Virus record (IMG/VR): IMGVR_UViG_3300028583_001329
Length of the DNA: 64,000 nucleotides
Origin: a virus
Strand: one strand, 5' to 3'
Part shown: positions 10,396-19,690 of the stretch, piece after piece
How the letters are laid out: the number at the start of each line of letters is the position of its first letter
Position numbering within the stretch: position 1 is the stretch's first letter
Notes under the pieces: generated by a model
The model's input: the letters and a program-made list of their open reading frames with translations, nothing else
The model's database searches: none
Told to the model about the DNA's origin: nothing
Position numbers and translations under genes: made by a program

Positions 10396-11361
10396 ATGAG
10401 TAAACACACCTTAAGAATCTACGCGGCAGGCGGCTGCGCGACTAACTTAGCGAAGCCCTTTGTTGGTTTAGAATCGTCTGACATCTACGCCGATATCGAT
10501 CCTGTTTTTGTAGACACTAGCATGTCTAACATCGAAGGACCTATCACTGAAGAAATGTGCTACATCCTACCTGACGTAGATGGCTCAGGTAAGGTACGTC
10601 GTGAAAACCACCAACGTATCTCTGATTCAATCAAAGACATCGTGTCAATTCACCCTCCAGGTGACTTTAACATTGTTATGTTCTCAGCCGCAGGTGGTTC
10701 AGGTTCAGTAGCTGGACCATTGATTGCTCGTCATCTTCTTGAAATTGAAGCACCATTGATCTGTATTGTAGTGGGTTCTACAGACTCTGCTATCACGTGT
10801 ACTAACACACTTAATACACTGAAATCATTAGATAGCATCTCACAAGCTGCAGAGCTACCTATCACATTGTTCTACGAGGAGAACGGTGCTGGTGTTAAAC
10901 GTTCAGAAATTGACAAGCGCGTCAAAGGTGCTATCGGTTCTATCAGTGCTTTGGTATCTGGCAACAACCGTGAACTTGATACTAAAGACATTTCAACATG
11001 GGTGTACTACAACCGTGCGTCTAAAGTTGAACCACAGTTAAGTCAGCTATCTATTCTTCGTGACAACACAGCGGTAGAAGGTCTTAATGAACCTATCTCT
11101 ATTGCTTCATTGTTAGCAGACCCTGACACGGAGATGCCTGAAGCTGCGCCCGATTATCAATGTATCGGTTATCACCGTGATCAGTCTGGTGAGGTCCCTG
11201 ACATGCACCTTGTGATTTCTGTGAACGGCATTGAGCGTATCTACGAAGGTATTGCTAAGGCGCATGGTACTTACGAGAAGTCTACGTCTAAGCGTTCTCT
11301 AGACAGAAAGACTTTCGTTGGTGGTGGCGATCAAGTAACTAAAGATGGCATGGTACTGTAA
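10396..11361 (+). CDS. phuZ: PhuZ phage tubulin (spindle)
   Basis: N-terminal IYAAGGCATN, VDTS, tubulin signature SAAGGSGS, and C-terminal polymerisation tail ending DGMVL. Confidence 0.93.
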   Translation: MSKHTLRIYAAGGCATNLAKPFVGLESSDIYADIDPVFVDTSMSNIEGPITEEMCYILPDVDGSGKVRRENHQRISDSIKDIVSIHPPGDFNIVMFSAAGGSGSVAGPLIARHLLEIEAPLICIVVGSTDSAITCTNTLNTLKSLDSISQAAELPITLFYEENGAGVKRSEIDKRVKGAIGSISALVSGNNRELDTKDISTWVYYNRASKVEPQLSQLSILRDNTAVEGLNEPISIASLLADPDTEMPEAAPDYQCIGYHRDQSGEVPDMHLVISVNGIERIYEGIAKAHGTYEKSTSKRSLDRKTFVGGGDQVTKDGMVL

Positions 11362-11375
11362 GTACCCATCCAGAA

Positions 11376-11412
11376 CGCATACCGCCTCCCTGATGGGGAG
11401 GCGTCTATGCCG
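11376..11412 (+). terminator. hairpin + CTATGCCG after phuZ
   Basis: CGCCTCCC-TGAT-GGGGAGGCG then TCTATGCCG. Confidence 0.7.
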
Positions 11413-11428
11413 CTTGTCAGTATTTTTC

Positions 11429-11442
11429 AGACCTACATTACT
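11429..11442 (+). promoter_or_regulatory. putative early (virion-RNAP) promoter AGACCTACATTACT
   Basis: Variant of the repeated AGACCTATATTAC motif, which contains the phiKZ early consensus TATATTAC. Confidence 0.6.
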
Positions 11443-11481
11443 AGAGCAGTATAAGTAATATTACAGTGTGGAGATCGTACA

Positions 11482-11829
11482 ATGACAGTGCCTAACTACT
11501 TCCTGTTCGATATAACAACAGCCCGTGAAATCGCAAAGCCCTTCATTATAGATTTACAAAAACATCTAAGCGGTAGACCAGAAGTCGATATTGACAAAGT
11601 ATTAAATCAGTGGTTTGCCGAACGCCTAGTAACAATGGGCGTATTACATCATGACAACCCAATTGAAACTGACATGCCCCTAGGCGTAATCCTTTTCCTT
11701 AATAGCCTACCTGACGTTATTAAAGGTTCAGTTGATCAACAGCTCTTTCGTGCCGTAAGTAATCACTGGCATCCGGACACATCAGTTAAAACGTATATTA
11801 AAGACCAGACGTTGGTCATTAATGCCTAA
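11482..11829 (+). CDS. small protein, tandem array member 1
   Basis: GGAGA SD. N-terminal strand YFLFDI and C-terminal hairpin TYIKDQTLVINA. Confidence 0.65.
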   Translation: MTVPNYFLFDITTAREIAKPFIIDLQKHLSGRPEVDIDKVLNQWFAERLVTMGVLHHDNPIETDMPLGVILFLNSLPDVIKGSVDQQLFRAVSNHWHPDTSVKTYIKDQTLVINA

Positions 11830-11844
11830 AAGGACCTACCCCCT

Positions 11845-12447
11845 ATGGCGATAAGTATAATACTCCCTTTACATGAATTTATAGATAACGTAGTACTACG
11901 TTCATCGCTGTTCTTCTATAACGTTGATCGCCCTAACCCGGTCAAACGTAACCACGCTAAAGCTATTGTTCATCAACTGGTTGACGATGCGTTAAGTCAT
12001 TCATTTGCATGGGCACCAAGTGTCGATAAGACATCGGGTCTGTTGGAGGAATTCTACCCGTGGATGACAACACATCCGGTATTTGGATCACGCTTCTATC
12101 AGCAATGTATAGACCCGGTTGACGCTAGGCTAACTGAGATCTTAGGTACTTATGTAACGTACAACACACCTGACGTATGGAGCGTGAGAAAAGATGGCGA
12201 TAGTATCGTCCTAGAAAACCTAGGTTCTCACATGAACAACGCTGCTCAAGGTTTTGCTGATAAGTTACAAAGCCTACTTCAAGAAGAATACGCAACGCGT
12301 TTAGGTTCATTACCAATACATCGCAATAATGCAACTACGGGTGATGATCTTAAACATCAAGTAGACTCTACGTACGGTGACCTGACAAACACCGTATTGC
12401 GTTTAATGGTTGACAAAGATCTTAATTTGACAGGACAGCCCCAGTGA
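11845..12447 (+). CDS. small protein, tandem array member 2
   Basis: AAGGA SD. ISIILPL at the N-terminus and WSVRKDGDSIVLEN hairpin, plus a C-terminal extension. Confidence 0.65.
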   Translation: MAISIILPLHEFIDNVVLRSSLFFYNVDRPNPVKRNHAKAIVHQLVDDALSHSFAWAPSVDKTSGLLEEFYPWMTTHPVFGSRFYQQCIDPVDARLTEILGTYVTYNTPDVWSVRKDGDSIVLENLGSHMNNAAQGFADKLQSLLQEEYATRLGSLPIHRNNATTGDDLKHQVDSTYGDLTNTVLRLMVDKDLNLTGQPQ

Positions 12448-12908
12448 GCCAGATCTCTATCATAGTTAGTTTTGATGATGTACATTCGCTGTGTTTTAAA
12501 TACTTAGAACCTATTATAGGTGGTGCGTATTTACAGTGTATGGACTATACATTGGTATTGGATTATGAAGTAGAAGTGTTTTTGCTTGGTGAAAACAACC
12601 GCTATATGGTTGGTGAAGATGTGACCGAGTCGTGGCTAGAAGAACTATGTCCAATGCCTGATATCCGCAGTGCGTTAAAGAAAGATATACGACGCTCTGT
12701 ACAAGGCATCATTACCCGTATCTTAGGCGGTGATAAAATTAGCAACCACCATTACGAGTATCAGCGTCTAGGTGACCAGTTTGAATATCTCATTGTAGAT
12801 AAGGGTGATGTCAGAGATGCCGAGCTCGAAATGCTACGACGTTCAAATGACGAGCTTAAACAGAGAATACAGAATATGGAGGAAGGTTGGTGGGTCCAAG
12901 ATACCTAA
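12444..12908 (+). CDS. small protein, tandem array member 3
   Basis: GTG start overlapping the upstream stop (GTGA). ISIIVSFDD ... EYQRLGDQFEYLIVD. Confidence 0.6.
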   Translation: MSQISIIVSFDDVHSLCFKYLEPIIGGAYLQCMDYTLVLDYEVEVFLLGENNRYMVGEDVTESWLEELCPMPDIRSALKKDIRRSVQGIITRILGGDKISNHHYEYQRLGDQFEYLIVDKGDVRDAELEMLRRSNDELKQRIQNMEEGWWVQDT

Positions 12909-13270
12909 TATTAGATATCTCGCATGCGCGTGCTACTGAGAATCATTTAAACGGTTCCCTTGCAACTTACAATCTTAAGTTCACAGATTTATTAACAATG
13001 ACAGTTGAGGCATTGACTAACCTTGAAGATTATTACACCAACGATGAAAAGGTCACCGATTACGGATTGATGTATCGGTGCCTTAATCAATACAACGACA
13101 GACATCGTAAGGAGTACACCTTTGAGGATATTCATGACATCTGCACGATAGCGCTTAGAATATACAAGACCATTTACCCGGCCATTGGTACATTCTTTCA
13201 GCGATATACGTTCAGTAGACTTATTGTCTCTCAGTGTCTTGGAGATGACCTATATGTTGAGTGCTGTTGA
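12887..13270 (+). CDS. small protein, tandem array member 4
   Basis: GGAGG SD at 12878 (start probably GTG 12890). YLILDIS ... VSQCLGDDLYVEC. Confidence 0.6.
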   Translation: MVGPRYLILDISHARATENHLNGSLATYNLKFTDLLTMTVEALTNLEDYYTNDEKVTDYGLMYRCLNQYNDRHRKEYTFEDIHDICTIALRIYKTIYPAIGTFFQRYTFSRLIVSQCLGDDLYVECC

Positions 13271-13664
13271 ACCAGAAGATAAATTCTTCATCATTGACGT
13301 TAGGCAATATATGTTAAAGCTTGATCAGCAAGATGTCCAAGCACTTAACAACATCAAGATGAATTATCATGATGTATTGCTTTTAGCAGCGACTAGTGCA
13401 TTAACTAGTCAGTTTGATAAAGTCAAGGTCAAGGATCACGTAGAAGGTGAGCTCTACACATTACTTGATGAATATGATGAGCTGGGTGTGTCGGCCGATA
13501 ACTACCATACGTTTATGCATGTTATCAATATCACGCTACAAGTAGCATGGCCAATAACCCAGTCTGTAGATAATCTACAACGTAACATTCCCAACATCGA
13601 GTTTGTAGATGTTAATATAGTGGGTGATACTACTGTTGTTTACACATACCACATGGTGGGATAA
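13254..13664 (+). CDS. small protein, tandem array member 5
   Basis: ATG 13254 with GGAGA SD at 13241. FFIIDVR ... VDVNIVGDTTVVYT. Confidence 0.6.
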   Translation: MLSAVEPEDKFFIIDVRQYMLKLDQQDVQALNNIKMNYHDVLLLAATSALTSQFDKVKVKDHVEGELYTLLDEYDELGVSADNYHTFMHVINITLQVAWPITQSVDNLQRNIPNIEFVDVNIVGDTTVVYTYHMVG

Positions 13665-13675
13665 GAGAATATACA

Positions 13676-14047
13676 ATGATAGTGATTATCGATTTACCTA
13701 TGGATAGGCCGCCCTATCCTCCTGATCCCTCGCTGACAGCCGCAGATATAATTGAAGCGGCTACTGCGTTATGGGTTAATCAATTCATCGATGATGATAA
13801 CTTTGATACACACACGGTTGATCAGGTTGTTGATCATATCTGTAGCCGTATGGGTTTGAGTAGCGGTAAAAGTGAAGTACAGGAAATGATGTGTCATTAC
13901 GTTAATGACATTATACTGGAGACCTACGAAGCGGTGGACAAGTCTCTACGCCGCATCATGACAACCTTTGGCAATCGGCCATTGATTGACTACGTAGGTA
14001 CTAGCTTCCCTACACTGCTTGTCCAAGTTCATCTAGATGACCGCTAA
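13676..14047 (+). CDS. small protein, tandem array member 6
   Basis: MIVIIDLP ... IDYVGTSFPTLLVQV. Confidence 0.6.
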   Translation: MIVIIDLPMDRPPYPPDPSLTAADIIEAATALWVNQFIDDDNFDTHTVDQVVDHICSRMGLSSGKSEVQEMMCHYVNDIILETYEAVDKSLRRIMTTFGNRPLIDYVGTSFPTLLVQVHLDDR

Positions 14048-14393
14048 TATACTTCTTTTGGACTGTAGTAATTTACAGTCCATTTATGACGTTATGATAC
14101 CGATATGGCGTTATGAGACTAGACGTCCTATCCCCGCGTCGTTAGATAGCTTAACTTCTGAAATAATTAACTACTATAAAACCTATAGGGTTAAACCCGC
14201 TACGAGTTACACATCAGTTGCTAGTTACCTACAGGAGCAATATGAGTTCCCGGTAATAACGCCTATTGTGGAACCTCACTTTGCGGCCTTTTGTAAAGAA
14301 CTTTATAAATACCATAAACTAGCATTTGTATTGAGCTGTGACTATTACTATATATGTATCAAGCACAATACCATGTATTTAGAATTGGAATAA
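14037..14393 (+). CDS. small protein, tandem array member 7
   Basis: Overlaps the upstream gene. ILLLDCS ... YICIKHNTMYLELE. Confidence 0.6.
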   Translation: MTANILLLDCSNLQSIYDVMIPIWRYETRRPIPASLDSLTSEIINYYKTYRVKPATSYTSVASYLQEQYEFPVITPIVEPHFAAFCKELYKYHKLAFVLSCDYYYICIKHNTMYLELE

Positions 14394-14396
14394 GTT

Positions 14397-14783
14397 ATGG
14401 ATAATAATCATCAGCCCTACCCACCTACCAGTCCTGTGGTGTATATTGTCTCAGCAGAGCGTGGTGTCAAACGACTGTATGAGGCTATATCAGCTGAGGA
14501 AACCGTCGTTGAAGATTTTAAGAGACTAATAGCTATGGCTGTTAACGCAGCTTCGCTATCAGTAAACGATGTGGAAAACAATCGCCATAATGCTATAAAC
14601 GATTACCTCTATCCATTGCAACTAACCGTCCGTGAGAGAGAGAATTACATCGCTCACCTGGACGTGTTTATTCAGGATCTAATAACAGGCTTTCACCAAC
14701 TTGGTATACGTGATCTAGGAGGTGTTGAGTTTGTCGGATTTGATGGGATGGATATTGTCGTTAATGTCTATGCGCAGCAATAA
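14397..14783 (+). CDS. small protein, tandem array member 8
   Basis: VYIVSAE ... VEFVGFDGMDIVVNV. Confidence 0.6.
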   Translation: MDNNHQPYPPTSPVVYIVSAERGVKRLYEAISAEETVVEDFKRLIAMAVNAASLSVNDVENNRHNAINDYLYPLQLTVRERENYIAHLDVFIQDLITGFHQLGIRDLGGVEFVGFDGMDIVVNVYAQQ

Positions 14784-14804
14784 TAACAAAAAGGAGCACG
14801 TGCA

Positions 14805-15149
14805 GTGCTTAAATTTATGATCCTAACCTTAGATAGCTTATCGGGGTTAATTGCTAGATACAGTGAAGAGATGAACCCAGATTCACCTGTCGTTAATAAT
14901 GAAACGCTGCATTGGTTAAATTCAGATATTGATGATTTGATTCAAGGTGGGTTTGAACAACAAACAGACGTCGTACACGCCACGTTAACGTCGATCATTG
15001 ATGATGTAAGCCGATACCTTAATAGATACAACATTGAGGTAGCTGATTTTAGAACAATAGAAATTGTCAATCGCGACGGTACAATACTAATTTATTTTGG
15101 AGAGTTTAGTTATGGTGATATTCCCAAGTCACAATGTAAGCATACGTGA
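14805..15149 (+). CDS. small protein, tandem array member 9
   Basis: AAGGAG SD with GTG start. FMILTLDS ... IEIVNRDGTILIYF. Confidence 0.6.
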   Translation: MLKFMILTLDSLSGLIARYSEEMNPDSPVVNNETLHWLNSDIDDLIQGGFEQQTDVVHATLTSIIDDVSRYLNRYNIEVADFRTIEIVNRDGTILIYFGEFSYGDIPKSQCKHT

Positions 15150-15522
15150 CGTTGTTAGCTTCTCGCTATATGACAATACCACAATAGGTACTGTCTTTAG
15201 CAGAGTGCGTATTATTGGGGTGGTTGATTACGATACCGCCTCTAACGCCATCGATCCGGTAGCGCTACACGAGGATATCATCACTAACCTACCTGAAGGT
15301 AGCGTTGATGACCCTACGGCGTATAGCTACTTAAAGGTACAGATGGAAAATGGCAATAAGACGTTTATCGGCATGCCGTGGGTCAACATGTCGACCCTTG
15401 AACGCGTTGGTAGTAGTAAGCTGCAGTTTACTATCGATGATGTTAATAGCGATGACGTCCCGCGCATCCTAGCTGCGTTAACCTCAAATGGCTTTACTGT
15501 ATCGGATACTAAGATCTTATAA
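15112..15522 (+). CDS. conserved chimallivirus protein upstream of DNA polymerase (phiKZ gp49-like by position)
   Basis: ATG 15112 with GGAG SD. Beta-rich, ending in IGMPWVN...LQFTIDDV...ILAALTSNGF. Confidence 0.55.
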   Translation: MVIFPSHNVSIRDVVSFSLYDNTTIGTVFSRVRIIGVVDYDTASNAIDPVALHEDIITNLPEGSVDDPTAYSYLKVQMENGNKTFIGMPWVNMSTLERVGSSKLQFTIDDVNSDDVPRILAALTSNGFTVSDTKIL

Positions 15523-15560
15523 TACAAAGGTAAACTTTTACAGACCTCTGTTTATATAGT

Positions 15561-15662
15561 ATGAACGTTGTTGAGTTTGAGACCCTCCTCAGTGTTCTTG
15601 ATCTTGAGCCAGAAGATCGATCCCTAAAGGTAGTCACGCACCTTTATATTTGTCAAACGTAG
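15561..15662 (+). CDS. putative 33-aa small ORF (or sRNA) missing from the ORF track
   Basis: ATG 15561 to TAG 15660-15662 reads MNVVEFETLLSVLDLEPEDRSLKVVTHLYICQT and is followed directly by a hairpin-TTATGCCG. No SD. Confidence 0.3.
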   Translation: MNVVEFETLLSVLDLEPEDRSLKVVTHLYICQT

Positions 15663-15669
15663 TGTTTAC

Positions 15670-15713
15670 CCTTCCTACACCTTTCCTCTAGGGTGTAGGA
15701 AGGTTTTATGCCG
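15670..15713 (+). terminator. hairpin + TTTTATGCCG
   Basis: CCTTCCTACACC (15670-15681) / GGTGTAGGAAGG (15692-15703). Confidence 0.7.
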
Positions 15714-15787
15714 TCTTTTTTTGTTTTCGTTTTTTACACCCTCAACCAATACCATGAGCAGAAGAATTAACTAAGACGAGTGTCAAT

Positions 15788-17923
15788 ATGGAAAACCCAT
15801 TTGTTCTCCCTACCCAAGAGTATGGTCGAGATTTGAATATCCTGGAACGTTACTATCAGGATACCGCAAGATACCTAGCCTTAGAGACAGGTCGTTCACA
15901 TGACGAGTGCTACCAGTGGGTTAAAGAAACCACCCACCCTTCAAGCGGTAAGTTGCCTTTAAAAGATCCAAAGGTGCTAAGCCTTAAACGAGACAAGCCA
16001 GGTGAGCGTGATAAGTGGGAAACTACATTCCTTGGCTACCTTCAAAAGGTGAACAACGAGAACTTAATCATCAGCCCTACACTAGCAGCATATAGACACC
16101 CTGATCAGCACGAGTCTATACTTGCTAAGTATATCCGTAAGAACGTAGATAAGCGTAATGCTGTTAAGAAAAAGAAATTCCAGTCTACGATGGCAGGTAA
16201 TGATGCTGAGGCTGGCTTTTACGACATCCTGCAATCTACATTTAAAATCAAGAACAACTCAGTAAGTGGTGGTCATGCATCAGCTTTCACACCGCTGTAT
16301 AACAAATCAACCCACTCTACACTAACCTCTACCTGCCGTTCGGCTACCGGGTATGCCAACGCCAACAACGAACGCTTCCTATACGGTAACCGTCACTATT
16401 ACGATGTGGATGTGGCAATCCAGAACATCATCTCAATAATCAACAATAGTGACTATAAGACAATAGCAGAAGCGGTAGAGAAATATAATCTACACGTCCC
16501 TAGTGTAGAGGAAGTCTGTGAAACGATTAAATATTCAACAGACCTATACTGGCGTAATCTGCAGTGGTCTAACCGTATCCACAGTCTGATATCTAAACTG
16601 TCTGATATGGAACGTGTGGCTTATACTTACACGGGTAATTTCTACCATCTACGTGAATTAAACCCAGAGTTCACTAGAACGTTCCTAGATCGTTTTACTA
16701 CGTGCTCAGACACCACGATAGACAACCCAGAAGCAGTCATCAGTGAGATGGATGGGGATCTTGAAGCGTATGTAGGCATTCTGCATGCTCACGATTTAAA
16801 GAATAAACCCATCTTTAAAATCAAAGAATCTGAACCTGAGACTTATGCACACATTGCTAGTTCAGTTAACAATATCTTTGACTTACTGAAAGAATATACA
16901 GTATTGTTTAAAGCGTTCTGGGTGACCCTCAACCCGCCCGCATCGGTAGCGGTATTACCCGATGCTATACGTCGTGGTGTATTGGTGTCGGATACAGACT
17001 CTACCATCTTCACTGTTCAAGACTGGACTATGTGGTATAAGAATGGCGTGGTTGATTTCGATGCTAAAACAACGAGTGTATGGGCGTTTGTTGTATACAT
17101 TGCCCAGATGACTACCATGCATCTGCTTGCTTTGTTGTCATCTAACATGGGTGTGGCTAAGCCTGATTTGTATAAGTTATCAATGAAGAACGAATACATG
17201 ATGCCCGCGTTGTCATTGACAAGTCGTGCTAAACACTACGCCTATTACATTAGTGCGCAGGAAGGTAACGTCTATAAGAAGATGAAAACGGATATCAAGG
17301 GGGTTGAGCTTAAATCTACTAAAGCCCCTAAAGAGATCATTGAAAAGCTACACAAGTACATCATGAAGCCGATGGACTGGACGTTGGAAGGTAAGAAAAT
17401 CCCTATTAAAGAAATGATGCAAGAAGTTGCTGACCAAGAGCACGCTATCATTGACAGCCTTAATCAGGGTAAGATCGATTATCTAACCACCGCCGGTATT
17501 AAAGCTGCTGAGTCGTACGCTAACCCACAAGGATCTAATTACATCTATTACGATTTCTGGAATACTGTCTTTGGTCCTAAGTATGGTGAGGTGCCACCAC
17601 CACCGTATAGCACGGTAAAGGTATCGCTAAATGCTACGTCTAAGACAAAGGTATCAGAATGGATACGTAGTATCAAGGATGTTGAATTAGCAGAACGTCT
17701 TGAAGACTGGATGGGTAAGAATAACAAACTAGCAGGGATAACGCAGTTCTTAATCCCCATGGATGTTATTAGTACCAAAGGGATGCCTGAAGAAATAATC
17801 CAATGTATGGATATACGGAAGATTGTGTTCACCACCATGGCACCATTCTATCTGGTATTGGAGACGTATGGGGTGTATATGAAAGATAAGAATATCACTA
17901 AGCTTGTTAGCGATATCATGTAG
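15788..17923 (+). CDS. family B DNA polymerase, catalytic (motif B/C) half (phiKZ gp50-like)
   Basis: Motif B-like Q..FKIKNNSVSG and motif C VLVSDTDSTIF. 711 aa. Lacks the exonuclease and motif A, which lie at 60878-62791. Confidence 0.85.
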   Translation: MENPFVLPTQEYGRDLNILERYYQDTARYLALETGRSHDECYQWVKETTHPSSGKLPLKDPKVLSLKRDKPGERDKWETTFLGYLQKVNNENLIISPTLAAYRHPDQHESILAKYIRKNVDKRNAVKKKKFQSTMAGNDAEAGFYDILQSTFKIKNNSVSGGHASAFTPLYNKSTHSTLTSTCRSATGYANANNERFLYGNRHYYDVDVAIQNIISIINNSDYKTIAEAVEKYNLHVPSVEEVCETIKYSTDLYWRNLQWSNRIHSLISKLSDMERVAYTYTGNFYHLRELNPEFTRTFLDRFTTCSDTTIDNPEAVISEMDGDLEAYVGILHAHDLKNKPIFKIKESEPETYAHIASSVNNIFDLLKEYTVLFKAFWVTLNPPASVAVLPDAIRRGVLVSDTDSTIFTVQDWTMWYKNGVVDFDAKTTSVWAFVVYIAQMTTMHLLALLSSNMGVAKPDLYKLSMKNEYMMPALSLTSRAKHYAYYISAQEGNVYKKMKTDIKGVELKSTKAPKEIIEKLHKYIMKPMDWTLEGKKIPIKEMMQEVADQEHAIIDSLNQGKIDYLTTAGIKAAESYANPQGSNYIYYDFWNTVFGPKYGEVPPPPYSTVKVSLNATSKTKVSEWIRSIKDVELAERLEDWMGKNNKLAGITQFLIPMDVISTKGMPEEIIQCMDIRKIVFTTMAPFYLVLETYGVYMKDKNITKLVSDIM

Positions 17924-17931
17924 GAGGATGT

Positions 17932-18321
17932 GTGGCAGATAATTTTCTAACATACCCTAGCCATAGAAAAGGAAGCAGTATCAATAAAGTACTGTCTTCT
18001 TTTAAAGCAGGTCAACGAGTCATTGCTGTAGTTGATATTACAGAGGGTGAGTTCGATATGCCCTATGCAAAGGCAAATGATGTATTGCGTATTAAAACAA
18101 TTCATCTAGACGGTAGAGTAAATCCTATCGAGGTCTATCATGAGCTTGGGGCGGAAGAATATAGAACAGCACTGGAGATACCTGAGGGTTTAGATTACAG
18201 CCTTGAGGATAAAGCGTTCTTTGTTAGCGAGCGGGAGATAGCCGCTACAGTTACCAACCCGTTTATGGATAGGCTTCCACCTACAGGCGGTCGATACGTT
18301 AACCCAGACTATCGTAAGTAA
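17932..18321 (+). CDS. hypothetical protein, possible SH3-like beta-barrel
   Basis: GGAGG SD with GTG start. Pattern KAGQRVIAV...KANDVLRI...IEV...FFVSEREI. Confidence 0.5.
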   Translation: MADNFLTYPSHRKGSSINKVLSSFKAGQRVIAVVDITEGEFDMPYAKANDVLRIKTIHLDGRVNPIEVYHELGAEEYRTALEIPEGLDYSLEDKAFFVSEREIAATVTNPFMDRLPPTGGRYVNPDYRK

Positions 18322-18325
18322 GACA

Positions 18326-18372
18326 GCATAACTAGGAAGATCTAGCATCGTGCTAGATCTTCCTGTATGCCG
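18326..18372. terminator. bidirectional hairpin with GCATAA...GTATGCCG
   Basis: 14-bp stem AGGAAGATCTAGCA / TGCTAGATCTTCCT between convergent genes. Confidence 0.75.
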
Positions 18373-19461
18373 TTATATGAGGAGTTTAAGTCCCTCAAGC
18401 TCTATCTCTAAAAGATCCCTAATAACGCCGTGAGGAGCGACCAGTGTGGTCTTATCGCTACGAGCTCGTCTTAGTTCACGTTTGAGTGCATTTTCAAAGT
18501 CTCTATCCTGACCTTGTTGTGTAGTTAGATACCATGATGTAGCATGTTTAATCCAAGGTAACCATATCAGCCAAAGTATCCAGCTTACTTGTCTGGTACT
18601 AACTAAACGGTTAAATGGTAACGCATCTCGCATGCGTTGATCTAATCGTAATGGTACATTGTCTAACACATCATCTATAGACGCATTCATTCTGATTAGC
18701 TCATCAACAACATCAGGGTATTCTTTATCAACGCTCCCATCAAAACTAGGAATAGCTAGAATAGGCTTAAGTGCACTTTTGGTTTGTGCTTCCCCAAGGT
18801 AGTGGCGTAAGTAACGGTTCATTAAGCTAATAGATAACTGATGATCTAACATATTTACTAATACGTACTGATAGACAAATTGATTAGTAGAACCGCGTTG
18901 GTCTATAGGCTTAAGGTTTTCATAATGCGCCCATGTTCTGTACTGGATAGCAAGTAATGGGATGTCTATCGCAATGACACTATATCCTACTTCTTCGTGT
19001 TGTTTTTGTCCGTCGGGGAGGTTCAAGTTTAAGTCACTGCTAGGATGATATAAGACACGCACTGCGTTGGCATTAGACCAATCAGCAAGTAAACCATTAC
19101 TGGCCCACTGTGGTCGCGTTAACGTTGTAGCTACCAGGATGTCTACGATGTTACCACCATAAAACTCACCTTCCAAAGGTGGGTATGTAGATATCTCGGT
19201 ACTAATCTGCTGACCATGTGCAATATCAGTTTCAATGTCTTCTAGGTAATCGTAATAGCGCATCATGTTCATTGCGTTCATGGGCGGTAGGCTATCTAGA
19301 AGCTTAACAAGGGGCTGGGTGTCTTTTAAACGTCGAGGTGCGCTTATTGCCTTGGCTTTAACACGCTCTAAGGCTTTGTCTAATCCGCGTTGGGCTTGGA
19401 AAAGACCCGCAAAAACCTTTTGGTTGCGGTTAGGGGAATCTGGAGTAAAAAGCCGTTGCAT
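18373..19461 (-). CDS. conserved protein between DNA polymerase and chimallin (phiKZ gp52-like by synteny)
   Basis: 362 aa, on the opposite strand between pol and chmA, as in phiKZ-like genomes. Confidence 0.5.
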   Translation of the reverse strand: MQRLFTPDSPNRNQKVFAGLFQAQRGLDKALERVKAKAISAPRRLKDTQPLVKLLDSLPPMNAMNMMRYYDYLEDIETDIAHGQQISTEISTYPPLEGEFYGGNIVDILVATTLTRPQWASNGLLADWSNANAVRVLYHPSSDLNLNLPDGQKQHEEVGYSVIAIDIPLLAIQYRTWAHYENLKPIDQRGSTNQFVYQYVLVNMLDHQLSISLMNRYLRHYLGEAQTKSALKPILAIPSFDGSVDKEYPDVVDELIRMNASIDDVLDNVPLRLDQRMRDALPFNRLVSTRQVSWILWLIWLPWIKHATSWYLTTQQGQDRDFENALKRELRRARSDKTTLVAPHGVIRDLLEIELEGLKLLI

Positions 19462-19601
19462 GGGTCACCTGTGGATGAGTGAAGTGATGTAAAGTTTTAA
19501 TGTTTTCGAGTCATACTATAGAGACAGGTAGCTGTCAGTGTACTTATACTTGGTATAGGTGCCTAACCTGTGTCCCTCTGTGAGGCGATTCAACCTAATT
19601 A

Positions 19602-19616
19602 AACACCTATATCATT
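19602..19616 (+). promoter_or_regulatory. putative early promoter of chimallin, AACACCTATATCATT
   Basis: Variant of the (G/C)ACCTA(T/C)ATTA motif, about 75 nt upstream of the chmA start. Confidence 0.5.
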
Positions 19617-19690
19617 CTAGTGGTCTATCCAGGAATGGAAGATCTATTAGCTAATTTTAAGTTTGACAACATAATAAAAGGTATACCATT

